From positions 7,877 through 71,876 of the forward strand of contig NIVC01003148.1 in NCBI GenBank assembly GCA_002269645.1: a stretch of 64,000 nt of DNA. Direction: 5' to 3'. Each line of letters opens with the position of its first letter. Position 1 is the first letter of the stretch. The notes beneath the pieces were generated by a model. The model had not been told where the DNA came from. It did not search any database and worked only from the letters and a program-made list of their open reading frames with translations. A program made the translations under genes and the position numbers. Shown in pieces: positions 11,430 to 23,341 of the stretch. The stretch is from Macrostomum lignano. Lineage: Eukaryota.

Positions 11430-12757
11430 TAGATTCTCACTTTCTAAAACTCCTCCGCCATAGAATTCTGCACTGTGTAAACTCACCTTTTTCTGTTGAC
11501 CTAAATATTCTTTTTATTTCCGACTTTTCATGGGCGCAAATTCATTCATGCTTAGACTTCCACCACACGGACGTGACAACGTACATCCAAATTCATTACA
11601 ATTACTTTATTACGGACACCCCTAGCGAGATTCAATATGGCGTTTTTCTGTGTAGCAATCATATTATAAAGTCAATTTCGGACCACTGCAAAAAACACTC
11701 CTTGAACCAGCGAAGCCGTCAGCTATTTTTGAAGTTATTTTCTTTAATTCAGTATTCCAGTACGCAAAAACTATCCGTCAACTTCATCATGGACACGCTT
11801 ATTATATTTGGATCTCCGTATGCCGAGCAAACCGTTGCTGCTAGAACTAGGGTAGCAAATTTTCTGAGAGATGGCCATGTTCCAGAGTATTCCGAATCAA
11901 TCAACAAAGACTCATTTATACTTCAAGACAAGGATCATGCAAGTATGAACGCGGAAGGTGACGCGATACTGAAAAATTCTCCATACTACGAATACTTTAA
12001 AAAGGAATTTACCACAATTCAAAATACTCTCGCGCATAAAACCGGTCATTCGCATCTGACAGATAATGAATTCTACAACCCTCGATTGATAAACTTTTTC
12101 TTGCTTAGATACCTGTCCATCCTCCCTCTATGGGCTATATTTACATGGAATCATTTGATTGCTAAAAATTCAAAGTCTTTTTACTCAAATGCTCATGTGG
12201 AGAGTTGGTTTTCTTCTGTGAAAAGTCGATTTAACACCAAGTCCAGGCTGAGTACCTTCGTAGAGAATTATGTACCCTTTGTACTTCGTAGAGTTTCAGA
12301 GTGCACCATCTCGAGCAAAGTACCTGCTCCAAGTTTTTGCAGAAAAAGGAAGTCATCAATCTCAGAAGAAGCTGCAACTGAAGGTTGGCAAAAAAGGTCG
12401 AGAAATAGCAAGCGTTCAAGATACTCAGATACTAGTAGCAATCAGTATTTTGCTAATGTCGCCGATCCTGACGAAACGGAAAAGAGTAGCAGTCAGTCCC
12501 AACAGAGCAACCCAAAATCAAAACTTCCGGGATGCACAGCTGGTAGGAACAGACCCAATAAAAATTCCAGTCAAAATGGAACCGCAGATAACAGTAGAAG
12601 CAGGTGGCAAAGCAAGAGGAGCACGCGGCAGAAAGGAAGAACGGTGCAAAGCGATAATAGCCAGATTCTCTTCACCCTTCCTGGCTCTGGAACGGATATT
12701 CCCGTAACGCAAGAGCATCGTCAAAGTTTGTTGGGAAGCAACCTGTTAGACTACACG
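11430..12757 (+). CDS. NOF-like Mutator transposase core (second catalytic D, CxxH, catalytic E); N-terminus not found
   Basis: ISDFSWAQIHS (D at 11522), FLCSNH (11651), NEFYNP...ILPLWA and SNAHVESWFSSVK (E at 12200), then a basic/Ser-rich tail and a GTAAGT donor at about 12758. The family call is from motif recall only. Confidence 0.6.
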
Positions 12758-13184
12758 GTAAGTATTTTCATAAATACTTACTTACTTACAATAAATACTT
12801 AAGTAAGTATACGTAAATACTTACAATAGAAAATTCAGTTGACTTATGACCTATTTTCACCATTATCTTTTCCTGTCCCTCTTGCATTACTCGCGATAGA
12901 TTTTATTGGCCTATTGCACTGCTATCACATCGAACAACGCCCAAAGGATTGTAATAAGTGAGGGCGACTTTTACTACATATTGAATCTATCAGGAGATGA
13001 GTTCAACGATGGAGTCCAGAACTTGCTGAGAAGAACTCTCGGATGGAAGGCAAGTTCTGTTAATGAAACAATAATGTCGTTTTTGATGCAAAATAAATTT
13101 GTACACTTGTAGTGAATTCTCAATGAAAATCTTACGCATGCACCAATTTGAGGTATAAAATTATTTGCTCTCTTGATGTTGCAG

Positions 13185-13780
13185 GGCCTGAATCAAATAA
13201 TCGTGCCTATTTTAAACAGCGGGCATTTTTACTTGATCGTTATTTGCGGCGTTGAACGAAAGGTCTTTGTGCTGGATTCGATTCGGCGTAATGCGCAAGA
13301 GAAGCAAGAGTTTCATGTTCTAATTCGCAAATGGAAGTGAGTACAATAGTTTGTGTACATGTCCAGAGAATAAATAAAAGTGAACTTAAGTACTGATGTG
13401 GCAAATCTGTAAAATTTCTGTTAACTTTCTAGCCGCATATTGGCTTCCGATGGAAAATGGCATTTGTTGACCAAAGCGCTCCGGTATTCACCAGCAGCAC
13501 ATCGAAGCCATATGAGCTGGCCACAATGTCGAGAACAATGCAATCTGATGGTCATAGTTGCGGAGTGTTTGTATGCCTGTACGCTAGGGCATTAGCTCTT
13601 GGTTCTGGTCTCCGGTTCAAGAACAATCCGACGGCTCTCGGAAGATACAGACAGTATATCTGGAATGTGATCCAGGCCTACAGCTATGGAGGAACGCAGG
13701 AAGAGTGCTCAGCCTGTAGCAACACAGAACCTGACGCTTCGGGCGTTAGTCGTCGCATAAATTGGGTAAAATACGAGTAA
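13185..13780 (+). CDS. Ulp1/SENP-like (C48) cysteine protease exons inside the foldback element
   Basis: Exon 13185-13336 reads IIVPILNSGHFYLIVICGVERKVFVLDS (catalytic His and Asp). The exon from 13433 reads QSDGHSCGVFVCLYA (oxyanion Gln and catalytic Cys). The obvious GT/AG pair is out of phase, so either the junction differs or the gene is damaged. Confidence 0.7.
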
Positions 13781-15445
13781 TTTTCCTTTTTTTATTTTTT
13801 TAACTACGAATTTCACTTTTGCCAAGCAGATTGCTTAAAGCAGTCATACAGATTGAACTCCAGCTTAAGATGCAGTCGATCGAATATGCAGTCGAGTTGT
13901 GCTTACAGCATAATGCGGTTAATTTTCGCTCACCCCTTCATTTCTAGATTGAATGTCCCTCCTGTCTTCGTTGGTATCACACAGAATGCGTCGAAGGGTC
14001 GACCGATCCAGGTTTTTGTTGCGCAACGTGCAAAGACATGTTTTCGCATTAGTTACTTGATTTTTACACAACTGTACATGTACGTGAATGTCGCCATTAC
14101 TCGTAAATGGATCTCTCCAGTTCCTTATTTTTGGAGCAAGAGGTTCTCTAGATCTGGTTCTGAGTGCACCTGTGGCAGTCGCGACGGCCAATCTTCCATG
14201 TACAGAAGGGTCGTGAGGCTGCTGCTTTTTGCTGCTAATTTTCTGACTAGAAAAATATGTATGGCCGCCCTCCCATCCCGTTGTTTTTGTTTGTTCGCCC
14301 GCTTTTTTCATCCCCCTATGCAGATGTTCGATTACGAGCCATGGAATGCAATATAATCAATTTATGCTAAGGACCACTCGAATTGGGGATCGACCGACAT
14401 GGACATGAACAGGCGAACAACCATTCCCACTCGAACAAAACAGGGGGCTCTAACCGCGGCCCATGCAGGTGTTCGATATTCTTTCAGAGAGTGGAGCAGC
14501 GCTCATTTAAATAGTTCAGTTTGCAACTTTCATGGGACTTCTCAGGGTTTTCAATCGGGCCTCTTCTACACTAAAAGTAGGACCTCTCGCCACAGTGGAT
14601 CTTTGTGGCTCCGATTTAATCGAGAGCTTGACAACAGCGTGATGACTACTAAGAGTAATATTATTAGGGAACACATGCTCGATCTAATGGTTGGTATAGA
14701 GCGATTATGAGCCGAACTGTTCAGTACATTTTGTATGTAAATCTATTTAAGTATTCATCTTTGTTGTAATTTAAATTCCTGTTATAACCTTTTTATTGGT
14801 TACATGCATTTCATCAAAACTGTCCACGCTTTTATTGATGTTATTAGAAGTACCACGCGTGCATATACATATATGCACATGTACGTAACATGTAATACTA
14901 AATACATCAAAAGTTCTCAGCGACTGTCACTTTGAAAATTTCGAAACAAGTTTGTATTTTTAACCCAAGCTGCATATCCCAACGGTTGCATAGAGTGGTG
15001 TAGAAATTAGGCCAAATGTTGCGTTATTTTTGTGCTAGGCTTGCGTGCCAAGCCAAGAGGAGTCTACAATTGGCACCTGCGCTTCACAGGGCTGGCTTAT
15101 ACATGTACATGCAATATTTGGCTCGCGTTAGTAATTCAGACTTATGACTTATTACGCAGCTACGATCAGAGACTGAATTGGTATAGGGTTAACAACAGAA
15201 ATGTTTGTGGACAATAGCTATTTGCATTAATAGCAATGAAAATTACATTCTGCTAATTGAATTTTACATTTGCAACGTGAGTGGAATACTCACCAAAACA
15301 GTGCCGACATAATTCGCAGTCACGCATGCATGAGCTGGGTACATGTAACATGTATAATATACGGGCCTATATGCAGGTATTGCACTTCGCGTTGCATCGC
15401 GCTTACGAGCTAGCAAGCTATATGTGCATCATATAAATATACGAT

Positions 15446-17040
15446 ATACGAGCACCTTAAAAAAACTCTTGCCATTCCGCTTTGCGTGGTCTGATGGACT
15501 TGAAGTTTCACAGAGGTGTTTGTTTTGTGTGCAATAATTTTTCTGTAAATTTTCAAGCAAATCCGAGCTGTACAAGTGTTGCAAATGGGCATACATGTTA
15601 TACACTGTGCGCATATACAATGCATTATAAATACGAGCACCTTTAAAACTCTTGCCATTCCGCTTTGCGTGGTCTGATGGACTTGAAGTTTCACAGAGGT
15701 GTTTGTTTTGTGTGTAATAATTTTTCTGTAAATTTTCAAGCAAATCCGAGCTGTACAAGTGTTGCAAATGGGCATACATGTTATACACTGTGCGCATATA
15801 CAATGCATTATAAATACGAGCACCTTTAAAACTCTTGCCATTCCGCTTTGCGTGGTCTGATGGACTTGAAGTTTCACAGAGGTGTTTGTTTTGTGTGTAA
15901 TAATTTTTCTGTAAATTTTCATGCAAATCCGAGCTGTACAAGTGTTGCAAATGGGCATACATGTTATACACTGTGCGCATATACAATGCATTATAAATAC
16001 GAGCACCTTTAAAACTCTTGCCATTCCGCTTTGCGTGGTCTGATGGACTTGAAGTTTCACAAAGATGTTTGTTTTGTGTGTAATAATTTTTCTGTAAATT
16101 TTCAAGCAAATCCGAGCTGTACAAGTGTTGCAAATGGGCATACATGTTATACACTGTGCGCATATACAATGCATTATAAATACGAGCACCTTTAAAACTC
16201 TTGCCATTCCGCTTTGCGTGGTCTGATGGACTTGAAGTTTCACAGAGGTGTTTGTTTTGTGTGTAATAATTTTTCTGTAAATTTTCATGCAAATCCGAGC
16301 TGTACAAGTGTTGCAAATGGGCATACATGTTATACACTGTGCGCATATACAATGCATTATAAATACGAGCACCTTTAAAACTCTTGCCATTCCGCTTTGC
16401 GTGGTCTGATGGACTTGAAGTTTCACAAAGATGTTTGTTTTGTGTGTAATAATTTTTCTGTAAATTTTCATGCAAATCCGAGCTGTACAAGTGTTGCAAA
16501 TGGGCATACATGTTATACACTGTGCGCATATACAATGCATTATAAATACGAGCACCTTTAAAACTCTTGCCATTCCGCTTTGCGTGGTCTGATGGACTTG
16601 AAGTTTCACAAAGATGTTTGTTTTGTGTGTAATAATTTTTCTGTAAATTTTCATGCAAATCCGAGCTGTACAAGTGTTGCAAATGGGCATACATGTTATA
16701 CACTGTGCGCATATACAATGCATTATAAATACGAGCACCTTTAAAACTCTTGCCATTCCGCTTTGCGTGGTCTGATGGACTTGAAGTTTCACAGAGGTGT
16801 TTGTTTTGTGTGTAATAATTTTTCTGTAAATTTTCATGCAAATCCGAGCTGTACAAGTGTTGCAAATGAGCATACATGTTATACACTGTGCGCATATACA
16901 ATGCATTATAAATACGAGCACCTTTAAAACCCTTGCCATTCCGCTTTGCGTGGTCTGATGGACTTGAAGTTTCACAGAGGTGTTTGTTTTGTGTGTAATA
17001 ATTTTTCTGTAAATTTTCAAGCAAATCCGAGCTGTACAAG
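15446..17040 (-). repeat. 183-bp tandem array, about 8.7 units (right arm, inverted)
   Basis: Reverse complement of the 9161-10406 unit, with the same polymorphic sites. Confidence 0.98.
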
Positions 17041-19717
17041 TAGGTTTATTTTGTTGCATTTGTTAGAAATTGAATATCAATACGAATATCTATGGGGAAA
17101 CAGATACGTCTAGCTACTAGCTAAGTAGTGGCGCCATTATACGCTCGTACAAACATAAATATGGCGAATAGGTTTTAGCAAATTAATAGGCCTAAGAACA
17201 TACACCCCCCCTAGTATTGAATTTAAATGTCTTAAGTCTATTCTATTTTTTGTTGAATCTATATGTTTTTATTTTTTTAACATTTCATCTTACTGAAACA
17301 GTTTTAAATGTGATATTATCTAGACTAGATATGCTTCTTTTAACCTATCACTATCAGCACAGCTAGAGTTATATCAAGGACTATATTTGTATGGTAGTCT
17401 AGTAGAGTATTAAAACTTGCTTAATAGGCCCTACATAAACCTACTTATATAGTAGGCCTAACTAAGCCTAAGACTTAGCCATCTGTACCTATAGCAAAAT
17501 AAGACTAGTTAGGCTAGTCACTAGGCCTAGGTCATGACCTATAACTATGGTTGTACTTGCATTTTCCACTGCACTAGCACTATACCAAATTTTATATTTT
17601 GTTTAGGCTTAGTGCAGTTGGACTATAAACTCGAATAGCAGATATCTACAGCATGAAAAAAACTAGGCCTTAGTTAAAATTTTATTCAAACTAAATATAC
17701 ATATATATATATAGGCTTAGTAATAAATAGTATCCAGACTCTAGTTCTAGTATATCTATTTTATATATAATATTAAAGTGAAAATTAACCTTCCTTTAGC
17801 TTTAAATAGCTTACAATATATATATTACTTTGTTTAGGTTGCTAAGTAAAAATTAGCTCTTATGACACTAGTTGCATTTTTAGACACTTGTTATCTTATA
17901 AACTTTGTTATCCAAATAAATTGAATCTATAATTATTTTTAACAGTGGATAATGAATTGACCAAACTTTAAAGCATGTCAATTGGCTAGTTGACAGCATG
18001 TTATATTTTCAAAGTAGATAACTAAAGTGTAAATTGACAAAGTGTTTAGTAACCACTAGTTGTCTAAGCTATATATCCAAATTTATCAACAATTGTTTTG
18101 CTTGTTAGTGTTTTATAAATTATTTCAAACATAACATGATTTAAACTAAATGAGAAACTAACTTTAATCTATTTTATATACAAAATTTGGCCTATTGCAA
18201 AAATAATATTTATATTAGGTCCTTATTTATTTTGGTCTTTCTTTTCCCTATTTTCCTTTTATCTTTTGTTTCCTTTATTCTATTTTTATTAAATGACTTA
18301 GAATTATCATTTGTTAACTGTTGTGTATTTTAGTATTAAAAAATGAATTTGGCCTAGCCTTAGTACTTGTATCAACTCTTGTATATTTCTAGTATTATCT
18401 TTTTTGTCCTTTCTACTAGTTAGTGGCTATCTGTCCTTAGATTTCAAATAAATCTTAAAGATCAATTCAAATATAAAATGTTCATTCTATATTGTTTCTT
18501 TTCAATACTATGGTGCAAGCCCAAAATGCTGAAGCTGCCTTACTACTCAAGTATAATATAAAATCTCGTGGGATAGACTCACCTAGTCGCTCAATAAACC
18601 TACCTGCTCAAGCCCTTAAGACTGAAGTCTGTCTGGCCTATGAGCTGAAGTCAGCATATTCATTGTCCAAATTAGAAGAGATTTGTGGTTATCTACAAGC
18701 ATGTTTTGTCACAACTATAATACTAATCTCTTATTACTTTGTTTTTTATATTACATCAACAAAGTGCTATAACTGTGATTAATTGCTGTTAATTTCTATT
18801 TTTTCTTTCATAGTTTAACTTTTTTAGGCTGTACATGCCCTTTAGCTATGTAAAATACCCTCCTATTTTTGTACCATACACCTCACCTGTGCTTTGTAAC
18901 TTTCATTCGATGCCACAGTTGTATTTGACAGTGTAACTTTGTATTCTTTTTTAGGCAAGGTTAAAGAAATTACATTTTTCCTATTGTAACACTTTTAGAT
19001 TGAGGTGCGCTTGATGCCGACGCACAAGTGAACAACATCGCGCTAGTATGTGCAACCTGATGTCATCATGGAATTCGCCTTTTGCCCGTTTCATCAGATG
19101 GAGCGCGCAGTTTTCATTTAGCGTCATCAGAGGCCGATTTTCCCTGACAGTCTTTATCGGCATTTATTAACGTCTGTCTGTCTCTGTCTGTCTGTCTCTC
19201 TCTATCTATGGACTGTCAGGGGAAATGGTGTTTGGCTTGTCGAAGTAACGGCGTGACCTATTTCGCTTGGTTTTGTTCGTACTCCTTGACTGCTGCTCGT
19301 TCATCACCAGCTCCTAACTCATTGCCGCGGACCGCATGTAGGCCACGCGAGTTTGACTGTCTATTCTGCCAAAAAGTTTAGCTTCACGCGATGAGTTCGG
19401 TAATTCGATGGAAGAGTGACATTCATTGATGACAGCCCCGTTTGTTGTTATTAACAGCAATACGCAATTCGATGGCGGCAAAATATGGACGCTACGTGCA
19501 TGGTAAGCAGTTTATTTTCATCAATTTAAGAATTCATTTGCATCTGTGGCATCGGTGATTGTTGTAGTAGTTGTTTTTTTTCTACATCAGTTTCTATTAT
19601 TTGCATTCCTTTGCACAAATATATGAGATTTATATAACTATACAAGCTTTATAAGTAGTCGTTGTGCTTATCAAAACAAAGAAGTTGTGAAATTGTTTGT
19701 GTTTTTAATTCTGTGAC

Positions 19718-20031
19718 CAGGGGCGTCGCCATGAATTTTATGGTGGGGGGGACAAAGCTAAGAATTTAATATTACATGTACATGACTAAATTTTGGCACT
19801 CCTTTTAGCGCCCCAGGCACTCCTTTTGGCGCCGCAGACATTCCTTTTAGCGCCACAGGCACTCATTTTGGCGCCGAAGGCAATCATTTTGGCGCCGAAG
19901 GTGCTGTTTTGGCGCCCTGAAGAAAAATTTCTGATTACATCACGACTCACAAGGTGGGGTGGGGGGACAAAGCATTGGCATGTCCCCCAGAGCTTTTACA
20001 GGGGGGACGTCCCTCGGTGGCGACGCGCCTG
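19718..20031. mobile_element. hAT-like non-autonomous element carrying a short 21-bp minisatellite
   Basis: TIRs CAGGGGCGTCGCCA and TGGCGACGCGCCTG. Flanks tctgtgac and tttgggat match at 5/8. Internal (GCGCCGCAGGCACTCATTTTA)-type units; related to 58071-58938. Confidence 0.65.
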
Positions 20032-20719
20032 TTTGGGATTGGGACTGCATGGGTGTCCAATGTAAATCTCTGCACGATGCTCCTGTAGATCCCTCAAGTA
20101 TACGAGCGTATTAGCTTTCAGATAAACGCTTATCCGTCAACTCGATACTAGCTTTAATAGTCAGACAGAAAGTACAAATGGTGGTGTAGCTTTGCGTTTT
20201 TGTGGTTTTTTTAGTTATTAAAGGTAAAAATGAATTCGCAAAGATTTAACTTCTCCACTCTCGTGAATTTGATTTCTGTGATTAATAGCACTAGCAGGCG
20301 TCCTGGGTTCGTACAGTGTTTTATAACAACCAGCAGTTGGTGTTTTAAAAAAGTTAGTGCTGTTGGCATGCCAACTAGAAGCTCCAGAGACTATCAGACA
20401 CTAGCATTTTAAACATCTCAATCATGACTGTTTCGATTAACTTCCAGGCTGCTGATTTGAAAATAATTATCGATTAACTGTTACGTGAGAGTCGCTTAAG
20501 AGATTAAATGCTGAAGATTGAAACGCAGAACTAGTGAAGATGCACTTAATTGAAGGCATTTCTTTATTTTCTTGATAGTGAGCCCATATCATAACTCCTA
20601 GTCTCTAAGCGTATGATCAGAACGCACATTCTTTCAATCTTAGAATCGCAGCTGAGTTCCATTCTCTTCTCTTACTCTTAGTAGGCTAGCTTTCAGTATT
20701 CAGTATTCTTTTTACTATT

Positions 20720-22305
20720 TAAAAGGACATCCACCTGGTCCTGCACAGACAGAGGAAGGCGGCGCTGGTTGTGCCGGTGCGGCCACGTTCCTGCCCCCAG
20801 TTCAATCTAGGTGCTGTAGCAGCTCCGTCGTGCCCAGGTGGTACTCGTGCTTAGCGAACAAGTCCTCGTTGCGCTCTAGCAGCTGCCGTATCCGGTCCAG
20901 GTACCTGTAGCTCTGCGTTGATGTTCCACCCGACGGGGGTCTCGTGAGCCGTCTCCTTGTGACCCTCCCCGTCGGGCATTGCGCCTTCGAAAGTGTCGAC
21001 TGCCTTGTTGGCGTACAGTAGCACGGGCTCCTCCACCAGATTGTACATTTTAACCGGTATGCGACACTCGTCCGAGGCCACCTGAGCCATTGAACACTCG
21101 GCACTAGGCAACAGTCGGCCCGGATTGGCTTACTGCTGAAGGGCACCGTGGTGCCATCGAACTTGACAATCGATACCCTCTTTTTAATTCAATGGCCATC
21201 GCCTGCGACACCTGGCCTATGGAGTCCATGCCGGATGGATGCCGTCCACTACCGTGAAGCGATGACGCACTCGGATGGTTTTGCCAATTGTTACACATAC
21301 ACTGCCGACTGGCTGAAGCAGCGTAGCCTCAAGCCGTAAACCGCTGTCAGCAAGGCATCAAAATTAGTGGAGTCGATCTGACAGGCCAGTCTGTCGAAGA
21401 AGGACTTATCCATCAATGAAACTTGGGCGCCAGTGTCGAGCAGAGACGGCGCTGTCAGACTGCCGAGACGCACCGAAGACGGAAGGCGCGACGCGGGCCC
21501 CTTTAGAGTGGGTCGGTGCTGGCCCAAGGCTGCCAACCCTCAGAAGTTTCCCTGCGGCTTGTCAGCTGGTGTCGGCACACCGCTGCGGTGTGGCCCTTGC
21601 CTGAGCACCGGCTGCAACGACTGCCGATCATCTTCGGGCACCGCCTGGCGATGTGGCCCAGCTCGCCGCAGCAGTATCACTTGATGCCAACCTTGTGACA
21701 TCTGTCCCTGTCGTATGAGCCCGCTCGGATGCTGGCTGTCGCTGCTGCATTTGCTGCTCCAGCTAGCTTATCATCTTGTCCTCCAACTGCTACAGAAGCT
21801 GCTGAAGCCGAACTCAAGTGGCCCACCTGCTCAAGTCACGCAGCTCGGTCGACGGTATCTGCGAGCGAGCACGAGTCAGCGTCCTTGTCCTTCAGCAGCG
21901 CATCTCTCACGACCGCTGGGAGGAGGCGCATCAAGCGAAACTCCAAATCCTTTTTCTCGGGCTGCTACAGAGTCATCCGGGCGAGCGCGAAGGTTGAGAA
22001 GCTTCAGGTTGTAGGCCAGCTCCCTCAGTGATTCGTTTGGCTGCCGCTTTCGCTCTTTGTAGCAGCTCAGGCTGATGCCGAAGCTCCCGATCAACTTTTA
22101 CTTCACCTGCTCGTAGCTGGCTGCCACGTCCACCGGCTGCTCCCAGACGAAGCTTGGCGCTTCGCCTGTCACCAGCAGTTTCAGCTTCTCGCCTTCTTCT
22201 TATCGTCCCATTCGCAGTCATCCGTGAAGTCCTCAAACGTGCTGAGCCACATTCTCACAGTGGATTCGCCGCTAAACTTTGGAGGCTTGCTCTGATTTGG
22301 CCATG
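20720..22305 (-). pseudogene. Degenerate Gypsy gag-protease-RT-start fragment
   Basis: KPPKFSGESTVRMWLSTFE and RKRQPNESLRELAYNL (Gag), LLDTGAQVSL (aspartic protease), ERNEDLFAKHEYHLGTT and QRRLPLSVQDQVD (RT N-terminus). Many frameshifts; no LTR pair seen. Confidence 0.8.
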
Positions 22306-22659
22306 ATGAAACGGCTGCCATCAGAGCGTGGTTTCGAGAATGAGTAACCAAATAGCGTGAGTCTCACCTCACTGCGCATGCCAATATATTTTTTGGCATG
22401 TGCAATAAGCCTTCGGGGCCGCGCAATAAGCAAGGAGCAATATAAAACAAATAAAAAAGCACATTTTCTTAAGAACCAATTCCTTCTTCAGTTTTATAAA
22501 TCACCTTTTTCGAGTAAAATTGTCACGGACAAAGATGTTTGCTATGAATCTCTTTTTTTAAATTAACAGAAAGACAACAAAATATGGTTTTCACGAAGAT
22601 TCTCCCTAAATTCCCCCTAAATTTCACAAAGACACAGACATTCCTCCTAAATAGAAAGC

Positions 22660-22957
22660 ATCCCCAAGACAGCAAGCATTCCCCCAGATAGCCAGATAGC
22701 AAGCCTCCACGCAGATAGCAAGCCTCCACGCAGATAGCAATCATCCTCCAAGATAGCAAGCATCCCCCAGATAGCAGCATCCTGCAGATAGCAAGCATCC
22801 ACCCAGATAGCAAGCATCCTCAAAGATAGTAAGCATCCCCCCCCCCAGATAGCAAGCATTCTGCAGATAGCAAGCATCCTCAAAGATAGTAAGCATCCCC
22901 CCCCCAGATAGCAAGCATTCTGCAGATAGCAAGCATTCTGCAGATAGCAAGCATTCT
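22660..22957. repeat. Variable-length minisatellite built on CAGATAGCAAGCAT
   Basis: The core recurs more than a dozen times with variable spacers (cctcc, ctg, poly-C). Confidence 0.9.
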
Positions 22958-22967
22958 TGGTGCAGTA

Positions 22968-23341
22968 GTGCAGTAATCCTTGGTTTATCAAGTGCAGTAA
23001 TCCTTGGTTTATCAAGTGCAGTAATCCTTGGTTTATCAAGTGCAGTAATCCTTGGTTTATCAAGTGCAATAATCCTTGGTTTATCAAGTGCAGTAACCCT
23101 TGGTTTATCAAGTGCAGTAATCCTTGGTTTATCAAGTGCAGTAATCCTTGGTTTATCAAGTGCAGTAATCCTTGGTTTATCAAGTGCAGTAATCCTTGGT
23201 TTATCAAGTGCAGTAATCCTTGGTTTATCAAGTGCAATAATCCTTGGTTTATCAAGTGCAGTAACCCTTGGTTTATCAAGTGCAGTAATCCTTGGTTTAT
23301 CAAGTGCAGTAACCCTTGGTTTATCAAGTACAGTAATCCTT
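22968..23341. repeat. 24-bp tandem array, about 15.5 units
   Basis: GTGCAGTAATCCTTGGTTTATCAA repeated head to tail with rare variants. Confidence 0.98.

Larger units (their letters stand above)
9092..17109 (+). mobile_element. Foldback (FB-NOF/Phantom-like) Mutator-superfamily element with modular giant inverted repeats
   Basis: A 69-bp outer IR (ACGTATCTGTTTCCCC..., 9092-9160 and 17041-17109) is followed by inverted 183-bp tandem arrays. The interior carries transposase-like and Ulp1-like coding regions. Flanks tcagctacc and ctagctact match at 6/9. Confidence 0.8.

Noticed and set aside
10569-11440. Leu/Ser/Phe-rich ORFs over the CT and AG tracts (also 24938-25517)
   Set aside because: Polypyrimidine tracts cannot form stop codons, so these are compositional artefacts.
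22968-23341. CRISPR-like appearance of the 24-bp array (also the 42-bp and 82-bp arrays)
   Set aside because: The units are head-to-tail with no unique spacers, there are no cas genes, and the context is eukaryotic.
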